Below the pieces are notes generated by a model that saw nothing but the letters and a program-made list of their open reading frames with translations, searched no databases and had not been told where the DNA came from. Position numbers and translations under genes: made by a program. From assembly GCA_963514005.1 (NCBI GenBank), contig OY740803.1:15810001-15874000 (forward strand): a DNA stretch of 64,000 nt. The letters are read 5' to 3'. This stretch comes from Raja brachyura. Taxonomy: Eukaryota. The first letter of the stretch is position 1, and every line of letters starts with the position of its first letter. Positions 14,053-27,893 of this stretch are shown here, one piece after another.

Positions 14053-14797
14053 TGGGCCTGTCCCACTTAGGCGACTGCATGAGACTATACAGTCGCCACA
14101 TGTTCGTGGGTGGTTGCCGGGGAGTCGCCTTCATGGTCGTGAGGAGTTTCCGCATTCTGGGAACAGCCGCATTATGATAGCCGTGAATTTTCCAACATGT
14201 TGAAAAATTAGCGACGACTAGAATGAAGCCACCATGGAGAGTAGCGAGAATTCTCGCGCCGTAGGTGGGTCGCCAGGAGGCCCTGGTGGGTTGCCAGGAG
14301 GTCGAAGGTTCTCAGAGGTTGTCTTAGGTTGTAGTCGGTACTGACCAGTGAATTTCATTGGCTCATTGGGGAAAAAAAGGTAAGCAGTAGTTTTCAGAAC
14401 CAACGATAACCGACATGTTAAATGTCCGCCGAGCTTCACAGAAGTGTATCTCTGGCTTATTAACAGTTGTCTCCACTCCTTCTCCCCCCCCCCCCCCCCT
14501 TTTAAAGGAGTTACTGTACACTGTGCCTTAGCCATCTTTTTACAGCGCCAACCTTCCTGTTCATTGCGGTGTGTGTCTGTTTCGCCTTGCCTTTGCACCG
14601 TGGGAATTTTTTATAAAGCGCTCCCCCCGCTTGCCCTGTCCCCCGCCTGCATAACGGGCTGGTGAAGGAAGCGATGTGTTTCCATGTGCGTGTGTTCCAC
14701 TCAGTCGTCGTTCCAGTTGCCGGTTTTTCAGGCGACTGCCGGCAACTTGACAGACGCCGGCAGTCCGTTGAAAATTCGCCTAAGTGGGACAGGCCCA
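14053..14797. mobile_element. Non-autonomous TIR DNA transposon (MITE), subfamily B, copy 1
   Basis: Same TIR (GGGCCTGTCCCACTTAGGCGA ... TCGCCTAAGTGGGACAGGCCC). The interior is collinear with 20330-21195. Confidence 0.87.
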
Positions 14798-16671
14798 TTA
14801 ATCTGATGGCAAGTAACCAAGTGAGGAGCAATGCCTTAAAAGATTATTTTGTGCCACAGAAGAAAACTTAGGCTAGCTTCCAAAAATTGAAGTAGGATTG
14901 CCAGGAAGGGACAAGGAAAGTGAATATTGGAAATTACAAATAAATGGGTAATGGATAAACTGCAGTACATGATTGTCATAGAGTGCACTTGGTATTTCAT
15001 CAAGTACTCTCTGTTGACCTGGGATAAAATAATAAAATAGCACTGTTTTCTAAAGGGATCGTTCACAGCCTAGCTCTGCATTGTGCTGATCAATTAAAGT
15101 CTGGAGTATTAGTTTCACCCAAGGTGCTTCTATGCATTATTCATGTCCCCTTGGAACTGTGCAGATGCCGAGGTTTCGAAGTAGTGAAAATGAGCACAGT
15201 TCCGTGGAAAACCAGGATTCAATCCCAAATCCATCAGGAGATACTTGAGGAAAATGGCAGTGTTTTCTCTTGGGACCAAAGGAATGTAGAAGGCCTGGGT
15301 TTACAAGAAAATCGATAAATTAAGATTGAAATAGTTTGAAAATGTTAGACAAGTCCAAAGGTCTATCATGGTGAGCAGCTGAATTGGATTTATACTTCTA
15401 GATATTCTGATTTGGGGGAACAATTAGCAAAGTTAGATAGAACGAAAGAAATGCAGCAAAGGGACAAAGTAATTTCCTTGCGTTACAAAAACTTTGAACT
15501 GGCCAGAAGAACCTCTAAATACATTTTATTTTCGACTGGTGATATTTTAAAATGGTCATTACATTTAATTTATCAAATAACAGCCAGAAGTAGACACAAT
15601 ATATTACCTTATTTATTTCAATAAATATAATGAATTATTATCTGTGCGTTTTCCAGCATGCATTTCACTGAAATGGTAGTTAGAGATTAATGCATCATAA
15701 GCTTTTATCTAATTCCTTTTGCTTTAGACTGTCTAATCTTGAGAAAGTTCATGGTGAGTGTTCTTACTGTTTGAAGCAATCAAACCAAATAATGCAGAAA
15801 ATGCACAGGGCACCATTTATCAAAATAAGGGATTAGACTGTAGATTTGATTGCAGAAGTAATGAAGGGTTTATCCAAGGTTTGAAACATATTAAAAGATA
15901 TTACTTACAAACATCTTATTCCTCTTCCATTGCCCACATAATGCAGTCTTAAGTGCTGTACATTTACTGTTAATGGCACCAAGTTGTCTCTAAGATAGAT
16001 TACATCACAAAGAGTTTCTGATGTGAAAGCCAGTTTCTAGAATAGATTAATATCCACTGTCCCCAGCGATCTGATCATTAATTTGATTAATTATTTACTA
16101 ATGCATTATAAAGTTTATAGTGGCACGGTAACGCACGACTCAACCAAAACGTTATTTTCTGTGCATGATATCATTTAGTGAAACGTGCATGCAGTCGTAC
16201 CTCACAGGTACAAAGTCATAGAGAGTCTTTAGAGTCTAAAATTCTCATATTTCAGCTGATGATCTAACCATGAGGTTTTTTGACGCCAATTGCAGGGGCA
16301 GATTTATTTGTACTAGTTCTTGACACAGTATGCATTGTCCAGCGACCTGCAATATTTTGTCTATTCAACAAGGATCCTTGTTAAGTGCTTAGTCTAGTTT
16401 TTGTACAATCAAGGTGATACTTTTACTCCCCTCCCTCCCCCTCCACCTCCACCAACCCCCAAAAGAAAATTCTTTCTCTCCAGCTAAGGACAGAAAATGT
16501 TTACACAGAATCTTTCACAGCATTAAATGGCACCTTTCTGCTGATGAACAATTCTTGTCAATTATCCATCCACTTGAGAGGGTAAATAGCCCGTCTCTTC
16601 AAAAAGTAATTGTCAGCAATTCCAACAGTAGAACGCTGCTCTGAAGTGTCAGCATGGATTTGATACCCAAA

Positions 16672-17040
16672 TTTAGTTTAGTTTATTGTCATGTGAACTG
16701 GGGTACAGTGAAAAGCTTTTGTTGCTTGCTCCCCAGCAAACAGCGGAAAGGTAATACACGATTGCAATCGAGCCATCCAGAGTGTACAAATACATGATAA
16801 AGGGAGTAACGTTTAGTGCAAAGTAAAGTCTGATTAAAGATAGTCTGAGGATCTTCAATGAGGTAGATAGTAGCTCAGGACTGCTCTTTAATTGTTGATA
16901 GAATGGGTCAGCTACCCGGAAGCTTCTGGACAGCTAGGAAGAAACGGTCCCTAAATCGGGAGGTGTGCGTCTTCACACTTCTACGCCTCATGGGAGAAGG
17001 GAGAAGAGGAAGTGACCGGGGGTGAGACTCGTCCTCCCGA
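16672..17040 (-). mobile_element. Rex1-like LINE 3' end
   Basis: tttagtttagtttattgtca tail; minus-strand HPRSLPLLPS..RRRSVKTHTSRFRDRFF resembles the Rex1 ORF C-terminus. Confidence 0.7.
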
Positions 17041-20000
17041 TAGACCAAATGTCTCCAAATTGGCCTATACGACAAAACCTTCGACTCAAAGGAGTCCTGC
17101 CACTTAGTCAGATCTAAAATATTAAATATTTGCATTGGAAATCCAGAATTTCTGGAATAGTTACATGTGGTAGACTTTGTGGCAGCAGAGCGAATATTTA
17201 CAGAGCGAACAACAAATGTCTGTAGCTTTTTAAAAGAGTAAAATACATAGGAAAATACAAAATTAACATTGAACGCTTGGCTTTCCTGTTCAAACTATTA
17301 ATAATTTTTGATCTGAATTGAAGTCCAGCACGTAAGACTTTTTACGTAAGACTAAGTGGAAATGTACTTAAACGTACTTAAACAATTATTCCTGTAGACA
17401 CAAGGGACTTCAAATGCTGGTTGACAAAAAATGACACAAAGTGCTGGAGTAACTCATCGTGTCAGGCAGCATCTGCAAGACATGGAAAGGCAAATGTTTT
17501 GGGTCGGGACACTTTTTAAGGTGATTGTAGTATGGGGGTGGGGTGAGCGAAAGCAGAAAGGGGGACGGGGACAGGTGAAAGTCAAAACCAGGAAAGTGAT
17601 AGATGGAAAGGGGGGGGGGGGGTGATTTGTATTTTATGTGTGCCTCTGTCTTTAACTGCTTCTCTGATATTAATATTTCCAACCTGTTTAGCCAAGCTTG
17701 TAGCTTTCTTGCAATGTTTTAAAAGGATGTTTGGATCATTTTACCAGTCTGGATGTGCTTTTTAAAGTAAACACTTTGATGGAAGGATAATTGCAAGCGA
17801 GCACTATTGTAAAATTATCATTTATTTGCCAAGCAACAGATGCGTATGACAATGTTTTATTGCTTTTTGTATGTGTGGGTGCCACAGACAGCTTTCATTC
17901 AGGTATATATTTCACTTTTAATATATACTGTAAATGTGCTCAAAGGTGTTTTGGAAGTCTGAATCGATCCAGTTTATGCAACTTTCTGATTTACCTTTTA
18001 ACGCGACAATTTTCAGTAGATTCTTTAATCTTTTCATTAGAATGTTTGTTTTATCTTATCTGAACTGCATGGTTGCCATAATTCTTGGTTGGTCCTCATA
18101 TTGAATGAGCAAAATCAACTTTTCATACTGAGTTCTTATCAGCAGCAGAGGGTACAGGCAGACAACTGGCTGCCAGAGCAGTATTAATATTGTACTGCTG
18201 CTGACTATCATTAGGGAAGAAGCAGCTGATGATTAGAAGATTAGGAAGACGGTACAAAACTTGCATGGTCCCATTTCTTGACACCGCTTAGAAATGTTGA
18301 TAAGTGGCCGATGTCGACTTAAGTTGTCATTCTTCCTATCACGCACTCGATGTCTTGAATTTCCCTCTCCCAAAGCACCTGTTCATGTACCAAACCTCAT
18401 TGTAGACCTGTTCAAAATAATTTCATCAAAAACAGCTAGACAGTTTTGGGAACTGTCAAATTTTGTGAATTCAGTTTTGCGGTTATGTTTTTCTGACATC
18501 TTTGGAAGTAAAATTGTTTAAGTATGCATTATTTTGTACAGATAATTCAATTTGTTCTACAGGAAAATAATTGAAACAGACTTAGTCATCTAACGGTAGC
18601 ACTCTTCATCAAATGCTAGTTTTTTTTTAACCAATGTGCATTTTTTTAATGTTTCATCTCTTCCTATTTAAACCAAGGAGAAGAACTGTGGTTAAAAATT
18701 CAACCAGAGTTCATTGACATTAAATATATTGGCATATTGACATGCAATAATGCAACATGTGAGCAGAATTGTGAGTTTCTTCAATAACATTATCTCTCAT
18801 AATTATATTTCCATGCAAAGATTATAATTTCAAGATGACCTTCCTCTGCAGTTATGCATTTATTTGTGTCAATAAATTTGAATGATATCCAACAGGAACG
18901 ATACTATTTAAACTATATTATTCTCCATCAACACTCTGCTGTACACTCATTGTTTGCCCATGACTCTGGGTTATTTAACCGTTGTGGCATTTGCAGTATG
19001 CTTAAAAATCTTGTTTGTACTGAAATTACTGAAGGGTTTCCTGCTGGATCTAATTGGCCAAAGTTTCTTTTTGGGGTCGTGTTATGTCAAAGGAACATCG
19101 GTTTTCAAGTGCCTTGTTAAGTTTTCGTTCTCATTTCCTTCCTTATTGAGATTATTTCTTTGTCACCTTCAGCCTCAGCCAACATCTGGTTATTTGTGGA
19201 AGTGAAAACTCAGAATTAGTCTAAAATACATTGAGATACTGGAAAAAGAAACAACTGCTGGTTGTACTAATGTGATGAATTATACATTTAGAAAGTTACC
19301 TTCAAACTTCTTGTCATTGACTGAGACTTGAAATAAACAAAATTCTGTTCTAGCTGTATCCAAAACAATGTACAACGAAACTACTTTGATTCATTAGCTG
19401 TCCTGCATAAACAGAACAGGGCAAAGAAAGCTGGACGTGTGACTTGCACCATGAGCTAAAACAAGTGTTCTATAGATTTGCACCTGGCGTCAGTCAAAAA
19501 GCTGCAACCCAATCAGCAAGTGTCCAATGTTCTGGGTCAGTTACAAAAAAGTACACAGTATAGCAGCTCTTAAGTCTGTTTTATGCCATTGTACTAGATC
19601 AGCTGTCAATTGTGTGCCTTTCTTGTGAGGGAAATTCTCTCTAACATTTAGACTTTGAAGTAGTAAACCAGCTGTTTCAAGCACCATTTGGGCATACTGT
19701 ATGTGTGTCCATGTGTCCTTCAAATAGTGCGCAAATCTGAATGTGATATGTTTATTCTTACAAGGAATACACTTTTGAATCCTCCCAAAAAACTTTCATT
19801 CAGAAAATACTCTTTAACTGGAACCAATTTCTATATGCACATGGGATCAGTATAAAAGTGGTTTAACTAATGAACATCACACTTCATTTCAACTATACAT
19901 TAAGAGCAACAAAATATAACACAATATGAAATTATCAAATATCCAATTAACATGACCCAATTGGGTTAGCCTAACCTCAGAATCAGAATCAGAATGCCTT

Positions 20001-20329
20001 TTATTGTCACTATACACATGTACAATGAGACTAAAATTGAACCTTCAGGTTCCATTAAAACCTTTACAGTACTGCTAGTATGCTGTGCACCATGGAAATC
20101 CCACTGATCTGACACAAAGATCTTGAAAGGACTGTGAAAATTAAATACAGCCAAAGCCAAATAGTAAATGGTTTCAGTTTGAAAAGCAGATTTCTTCCAA
20201 TTCTGTCTGGTTGTGATATTTAAGAAATTGTCTTTGGTGGATTTCTTATGCTCATCAAAGTAAACAGTGGCAAAATATCCACACTGAATTTTATCGAATG
20301 TAAATTTTATCGAATGTAAAGTCACCTAA

Positions 20330-21195
20330 CGGGCCTGTCCCACTTAGGCGACTTTTTAGGCAACTGCAGGAGACTATGCGGTCGCCACATGTTCGCGGAT
20401 GGTTGCCGGGTAGTCGCCTTCATGGTCGTGAGGAGTTCCCGCAGTCAGGGAACTGGTCGCGGCCTCATTATGGTTGTCGCGAATTTTTCAACATGTTGAC
20501 CAGAACGAAGCCACCATGGAGAGCAGCGAGAATTTTCGTGCTAAAGAAGAACTGCAGATGCTGGAAAATCGAGGGTACACTAAAGGCTGGAGAAACTCAG
20601 CGGGTGCAGCAGCATCTAAGGAGCGAAGGAGATAGGCAATGTTTCGGGCCGAAACCCTTCGTCAGACTTTTCGAGAATTTTCGTGCCGTAGGTGCAGTGG
20701 TAGTGGGTTGCCAGGAGATTGAAGGTTCTCATAGGTTCTTGTAGCTTAAAGCCATTGCTGACCGGTGAATTTCATGGGCTCATTGGGGAAAAAAAAAGTT
20801 AGCAGTATTTTTCAGAATCAAGGATAATGTCTGCCGAGCTTCACAGCCGTGTATCTCAGGCTTCTAAAAGCTGTCTCCACTCCTTCTACCCCCTTCTCCC
20901 CCCACTCCCTTTTAAGGAACTTCCCGTACACTTTCACCGTCGTAATTACAGCGGCAACCTTCCTGTTCATCGCGGTGTGTGTCTGTATCACATTGGCTTT
21001 GCACTGCGTGAATTTCACTCAGACTGCGCTCCCTCCGCTTGCCCTGTCCCCCGCCTGCATAACGGGCTGGTGAATTAAGCGATGTGTGTGTGTGTGTTCC
21101 ACTCTGACAGTTGCCGTTCCAGTCACCGGTTTTTCAGGAAAAACCTGAAAAATCGCCTAAGTCGTCTGAAAAATCGCCTAAGTGGGACAGGCCCA
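20330..21195. mobile_element. Non-autonomous TIR DNA transposon (MITE), subfamily B, copy 2, with a nested insert
   Basis: Same TIRs and interior as 14053-14797, interrupted at 20542-20671 by a Penelope-derived insert. Confidence 0.87.
20542..20671 (-). mobile_element. Short Penelope-derived (pLTR/hammerhead) insert
   Basis: 15-bp direct repeat CGAGAATTTTCGTGC (20527-20541 and 20672-20686). The minus strand has CTGACGA A GGGTTTCGGCCC GAAA. Confidence 0.8.
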
Positions 21196-21697
21196 TTACA
21201 GGCCATTCCGACGTAACTTGCTCTTTGAAAGAATTCGTAAAAAGAGGTGACATTTGTCTATTGAATGATGACTCACTTCTTGTACATCTGCCTTGTCCAA
21301 AAGTAATATTCCTGGCATATTCAGCAACTGATTCAGCAGACTAATCATAACAAATTTGACCACCATTATATTTGCATTGACAGTTTTTTTGGCATGGGAC
21401 TTGTTCGTCAGATGCTACAGCCATAGGTGGCTCTTATAATATAAAACCAGCTGTAGCCATACTCAAATTCAGTTTTTATTCAAGAGTTCATTTTAATTTA
21501 TAAACTAAACTGCTCAATTTCACTGTGTCGTGGACTTTGCTATAGTAGTGATTCAGTGAAACAATTCAAACTGCAAAATAACTACATCAACCTTGCAAAA
21601 GGTTACCAGCTTCATGCATTGTTACACTTTGTGTTCTGGTTTATTTGTCCCTGCCCAATTATGAACTGACGTTTATTTATTTTCTGAAAAACAGTTG

Positions 21698-21995
21698 GAA
21701 CATAGAACAGTACAGAACAGGAACAAGCTCTTCAGCACACAATGTCGCTCTTCATTGCTACTATATGTGCTTCCACCACGACTCCTGGCAGTGCATTCCA
21801 GGCACCTACCAATGGGGGAAAGAAAAGTGCTCCTTATTACTCCATTAAACTATTCCCCCTTCTCCCTCACCTTAAACCTATGCCATCTAGTATTTGTCGT
21901 TTCCACCTTGGGAAAAAGATTCTGGCTGTCTACCCTGTCAATGCTTCTCATCATTTTATAAACTCTGCCTCTGATGCTCCAGAGAAAACAATCTA
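21698..21995 (-). mobile_element. CR1 3' fragment
   Basis: gaacatagaacagtacag tail, cctggcagtgcattccaggc and ccaccttgggaaaaagattctggctgtctacc, matching 11680-12020. Confidence 0.75.
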
Positions 21996-22595
21996 GGTAG
22001 TTGGGGATCTATGCAGCACCATGGCCAAAATATAATCAGTCTGGAGTTATCTTTACTAAACTAGACTAGTTTTTGCTTTGTTTCTGTGCAGTTTTAGTTT
22101 AGAATTTAGTTTTGAGATAGTTCATCATTCTTTAGAAGAATTTTGTGATTTCATACCTTAATTAAGTGGCATTGAAAATAATGCTTAGTGCTTTATACCA
22201 TCATAAGTCCAGCTCAATTCCACCAGACACTCTATTGATCTACTTAGAAATCCTAAATCGTAGTGGATTTAGTGGGGAAGGAAATGTGGGTGTTGCATTA
22301 TTTTCCTTTGTATAATGTTCATCTACTGTTGGAAAGTGTAAAAGCAAAATGATGATTCTGGATTTCCTTGGACTTCAAATTGGAAATCAGTGGAAGATTT
22401 CCCAGAAAAGGGCTTAATTTTGAAAAATCTTCTGTGATGTTTCTCCATAGTCCTATTATTCTGCATAATTTCAGGTTCACTTTACCGATGTGCTTTGAAA
22501 ATTGATGTTTTAATCTCCTATGTAAAATGTGAAATGACTTTTTAGGATTTATACTGTGAACTAAACGCCTAACGTTGTTTTATAATTCCATGCAG

Positions 22596-22666
22596 TTTTT
22601 CGAGGTGCCCTTTGACTCGAACATGAACAGGACAAAGAACCGACCTCTTGTCAGGGGGCAGATTAG
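22596..22666 (+). CDS. COX10: COX10 (heme O synthase / protoheme IX farnesyltransferase) internal exon, equivalent to human exon 5
   Basis: tgcag acceptor and gttagt donor bound a 71-nt exon encoding [23 protein letters not shown](S), which contains the UbiA-family DxxMxRTxxRPL motif. The phase-2 end joins the next exon. It is too short to appear in the ORF track. Confidence 0.95.
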
Positions 22667-23569
22667 GTTAGTCTCCTTTCACCATTGTACTTGATACTTT
22701 TAACAATTTCAAGTATTTTTTTTAAGGATTTATAGAATTAGAAATGTGTGTCGGTACAGGTCCACCATCAATTTTCTGGCATCCTTGGTTCCAGAGTCTT
22801 GTCGGATTATCCATTTTGCCAGACCAACAGAGGTCGCGTAATAATTATTCAACAATTATTGGCCCACTAATTATACCCATCCCGTGTCTCTATAGTACCA
22901 TGGACTGCTGGAAACTTAAATTAAAAATGATCAATTAACAAATAAGTAAATAATTAACTCTTTCATGACAGAGGCACACATCCCTAAAGTGCGTGCACCA
23001 GACGCAATGCTCTCTTAATTTTGTTTGGTTTAACGAAAAATCGGTGATGGACCTGTAATATGTAATGTGAACTGGAAAGACAGGCACTTTGGTGTCTCTT
23101 CCAGACTTCAAGATCAAACGTCTTGAATTTTTCCACTTCCATTCTATTTGCCTCCATCATGTGAAGCAAATTGAATGAAAGTTTAAAAATTCTCAATTGC
23201 TTCAACTGTCTCTGAACAACAGCTTTATTCCATTGGGTTCAGCAATTCCACATAATGAGCGTTCAATCGTTCTACATTTTGAAGCATCTGATGTTCAATT
23301 TCTCTGCTCCAGTAGTATCTGCTCACAATAAGATGCTGGTGATGAGAAATTGGGAGCTGTAAAGTAGCAAATAAATTTAGCTCTCCGTGAACACAGATCA
23401 CTAAAAGTTGCCCTACAGGCAGAAAAACTAATAAGAAAAAGCTCATGTACTGTTGGCCTTTCTCTAAAAAAGGTCGGATAGAAAAAGAGTAAGTTATTCT
23501 CTAGTTGTATGGAGTTTGCGTTGAATTGCCTCTGGACTAATTTTTTGTTCAGTTTAACACATTATTCAT

Positions 23570-23930
23570 CTCAAACACTAATAATGCAGAGATTCACCAT
23601 TATAATATCAGAGTTTCTAAGATTTAATTTTGTAGACCAATTATATGGACTTGGCTTATATTCCCTCGAGTTTAAAAGGCTAAGAGGTTATCTATTTAAT
23701 TAAGACATTTAAAGGGATTCAGTAGGATAGATCCAGGGAAACTATGCCATGCAGTGAGGATTCCCGAACAAGAGAAAACAATAAGATTACTGCCTGATCA
23801 AGTAGAAGTTAAATTAGTTCCATAAAAGTAATTGCAGAAATTTAGAACTCTTTCACTCCACATGAAATAGTTATTGAAACTTCTGTACTGAACCATTTTC
23901 AAGGCTAGATAAGATATTTCTTGGATAATG
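23570..23930 (+). mobile_element. Highly decayed CR1 fragment
   Basis: Translation QRFT...LGLYSLEFKRLRGYL resembles the CR1 ORF2 C-terminus. Confidence 0.55.
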
Positions 23931-25509
23931 TTATCAACCCTGAACCCTGATATTTACCCTGAAAATCATCTGACTGACACAGCTAAATTGGCTATATAAT
24001 AGCAGTGATGTATTATTGTGGTTCCAAAATGTATTTCCCTGGAGATAAATAGACCTAAGTTTTCAATGCAAAAGTATAATATATCTCCTCTATGATAAAA
24101 GTGTTTTGGCACTATATACCAGGGATGTAATTTTTTGCCGATAGATTTTGTAAAAATAAAAGTGACTAATTGTAATATATGCCATTGCACATTTTGAGCT
24201 GCACATTGCATTTCCAAAATTGCCTATCCCCCATAGAGTCATTTAAAGTATTGGTTTCAGGTCTCTCCCATTACAGGAAAGAAACAATCAATGAAATGCC
24301 ATTCTTTTGTTAAAATGTAAACTAGCCTATATTGCTAAAATCACTGAAACAACACTGTCCTAAAGATTTAGATGAAAAAATGAAATGATTCAACGCAGAT
24401 TCCTCTTGTACATTCATTTAATGTGCACTGTGATTTTGATCGCAACAATTGCAGAGTACTCTGTTACGTTTTACTCTCTCACCAGTGTGCTCTGCCTCAA
24501 AGGTATAAAACTTAAAGCATCATGATGTAAAATTCCAGTGCTCTCATGACCTTGGATTCTTACACATTAATCTTGCATGCAAGCTATTGACCCTTCACAT
24601 TTTAAGACATTCTTTAATTACTTTTCGGAGGCTAGGGGGCCATGCATCCAGAGGTGTACAATGCAGGTTTCTAACACATTAATTGCAAGCTTGGGCACTT
24701 GATAAATTTGACTGGGTTATACCTCACACTGTGTGAGGAAACATCCCAGATGCTCATCTATAAACTTGGAGTCACAGTCCATTTTGCTAACTGAAGGCTC
24801 CATCTGCTTTTGGTGAGGAGCAGGGAAGAAAGATGGACTCCTAATGGAGATGTCTTCACTGTTGCTCTAATCTTCTTCCAGAGGTCAAATTGAGTTAATT
24901 TTATGGGAACTATCCTCACTAATGTGCAATTCATGCTTTGTAATTCTACCTATTTTAATTCCAAGAGCAGGCAGATAGTTGTAATTCCAAATTTTAATTT
25001 TCTAAATGGAATCTCTACAATGTTATGGATGTTCCACCTTTGGCAACTGAAACTTGTTCAGAGCAGTAAAATATTTAATTAAGCATTTATACGATCATTA
25101 AAGCTCAAAATAAGGCAGTATCACTTTTTACATCACTTTTACAATATCTCATAAAATGTGTACTCATCTTACTAAACTGCAAATTTCATTCCAATGTCAC
25201 AATCTGTTAACTGAGTAATTCCAATTTTGAAGAATATGTACACACATTATTGTGAGCATCCTATTGATTTTCTTGCAGATTGTCAAAATAACATATAATG
25301 TTATCCCTCAGATTGCAATGTCAAATTCTTTTAATTTTATTTTTCACTTAACTGAGAAAGGGAGGCAAAAAAGGTAGCGAGTGATGGAAGCTCAGAAAAC
25401 CTTTGGAAGTAAAACAATATTCCGCCCCTGTTTTGGTATCATGGGTAAATGTGTAGTTTCATAGCACATCATAGGGTTCAGTTAATTTTTAGGTATTATG
25501 TAAAATATC

Positions 25510-25718
25510 ATGGTGGCGCAGTGGTAGAGTTGCATCCTTATAGCATCAGAGATCTGAGTTCGATCCTGACTCCAGGTGCTGTCTGTACGGAAATTGTACG
25601 TTTTCCACTTGACCGTTTGAATTTTCTCCAGGTGCCCCGGGTTCGTCCCACACCCCAAAGACATACAGGTTTGTAAGTTCATTTGGCTTTGGTAAAAAAA
25701 ATGAATTGTCCCTTGTTA
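25510..25718 (+). mobile_element. HE1-like V-SINE, 3'-truncated
   Basis: ggtggcgcagtggtagagttgc, gttcgatcctgac and V-domain remnant. Confidence 0.78.
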
Positions 25719-26999
25719 CAATGGTACAGAATCTGGATATCCCATATTCAATGGCTGGTTTTGATGGGCTTAAGATACCAGCGGCTGTTACACGCATTTA
25801 TCCGCACATTTGCTCGAATCCAACGTTAATCGTGTTTTCTTCAGTGGAGCTCAGAAGTCCTGGGATTTTCTCCGCATGTCTTGAAGGTGGCAGAGGAGAT
25901 GGGAAATTGAAAAAGTAGACAGAGAGGAACATGGAAATTGGGATTTTATAAATAAATGGGTGGAGGTTATGTTGAATATTCATGAAGTACTGGTTTAAAC
26001 CCATCTTGAGTATCACGTGAGTGTGTACTACTTTTGAAAAAAGTCATCACAGAATCTACATGAATAAATTATTTTATAATATTCAATAAATGTGTTTATT
26101 ATGTATCCTACCACACCACATTTCAAAGCCAATTGTTTCAGTGGTTGAGACTGGTTTATTGAAGAGAACAGTTTAGCCCATTAATATAAAATAGGATTTA
26201 TGAAACTGCTAAATGTAATTTTTATTCATGGTTTCTGCAAACACTCCCTCCAATTTCAAATTGAATCCCATTCCTCAGCCATGAAAGCTGAATGAAGCAA
26301 AACTTTTTTATGGCATTTTATTTATATTATATCATATTTATGTTTATTCTGACCTGTCCATTTCACATTGATCCTGTGTAAGTTCCTATTATGTTTGGAT
26401 GATGTATTAAGTGGAAGAGTAATATAGCATTCATGCCCGCAACATTTTTTAAGGAGAATCTTTAAGGAAATTGTTCTGAGAAGCGTTTAATCCAATCTTT
26501 TTTTACATTTGGAACAGGCAATGCTGAATCTTGAAGGCTCTTTCAATTAAGTTTAATTAGGAATTGTGTTTTTGGTTAATTGTTCTGGTCTTTTTTTTTG
26601 CATTTTTGCTCTTGTTGATGTTTGTAGAAAATGTTAACCACTTTAACACATTAATATATTAATCAGATGTGTTGATCGGCATCATGAATGCAGAACAATA
26701 GAATGGAAAATAAAGATGACAGTCATAAATACAAACTGCTGGAGTCTGAAGAAAGGTCCAGCCCAAAACATTGTCTGCTTGTTCTCCTCCACAGATGCTG
26801 TCTGAACTACTGAGTAACTCTAGTCATTTGTTTTGTGTTCAAGATTCCCACAACAGCAGTCTCTTGTATCTGTAGGGTTTTTTTTAAGTTGAATCTTACT
26901 TGGTTCCATTTGGGTGACAATTAAACATGTAGGGCTCAGCCATTATCCCAGTAACAGCAGTTCATATTGCCTTTGGTGCATACAACAGTGGTTTAGCAG

Positions 27000-27392
27000 A
27001 ATATAGAGGATGTTTGTCAGGACAAGAGGGCCTGAGTGAAAGGGAGAGGTTGAGCTGGCTTGGAGCACAGTATAGAGGTATAAAACTATGAGAGCAATTG
27101 ATCAGGTGAATGCACAGAGTCTCTTGCTCAAAGTAGGAAAATCAAGAACCAGAGGACAGGTTTAAGGTGAGGGAGGGGGGAGGAGATTTATCATGCAAAA
27201 GCTGGTAGGTGTGTGGAATGAGCTGCCAGGTGAGGTAGTTGAGGCAGGTACTATTGCAACATTTCATAAATCTTTAGATTGGTTTAGAGGGATATAGGCC
27301 AAATACAGGTAGGTGGGTCTAGTGTAGATGGGACATGTTGGCCGGTGTGGGCCGAAGGGTCTGTTTCCAAGCTGTAAGACTCTTTGACTCTA
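27000..27392 (+). mobile_element. CR1 3' end
   Basis: aagaaccagaggacaggtttaagg, tggaatgagctgcca and gggccgaagggtctgtttcc, similar to 10220-10560. Confidence 0.75.
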
Positions 27393-27614
27393 CTGGAATT
27401 TGTCCCTAAGTGTTGATTGAGGATTGAAACTTGAAGGCCATCTTTTTTTAAATGTCCTGTGAATGTATGAAATTGTTCACTCGTCTTATCTTTGTATGTA
27501 ATCCAAAAAGTAATTTTCTCTCAATGTTATTATTCCTGATGTTGCAGAGCTGATCTTCTGTGAGGGTGAACCTCAAGCATCATGTTGCTGTAACCTCAGA
27601 TCTAACAGACAAAG

Positions 27615-27893
27615 GGCTGCATGGTAGTGCATCGGTAGAGCTGCTGCCTTACATTACCACAGTCCCGATTTTGATCCTGACTTTGACGGAGTATGTACAT
27701 TCTCCCTGTGACAGCGTTGGTTTTCTCCGGGTGCTTCGGTTTCCTCCCACATTCCAAAGACATGCTGGTTTGTAGATTAATTGTGTAAACTGTCCCTAGT
27801 GTGTAGGACAGAACTAGTTAATGGGTGATCGTTGGTTGGCGGGAACTCGATGGGCCGAAGGGCCTATTTTCACACCGTATCTCTGAATTTAAA
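27615..27893 (+). mobile_element. HE1-like V-SINE
   Basis: ggttttctccgggtgcttcggtttcctcccac V-domain and gggccgaagggcct tail. Confidence 0.8.

Noticed and set aside
20287-20320. 15-bp tandem duplication beside a MITE (similar micro-duplications at about 17330-17380 and 37897-37938)
   Set aside because: Ordinary slippage-type micro-duplications, not TSDs.
1-22595. Additional upstream COX10 exons
   Set aside because: No segment resembling the preceding COX10 exon was found, so the window appears to begin inside a long intron. A very short exon could have been missed.
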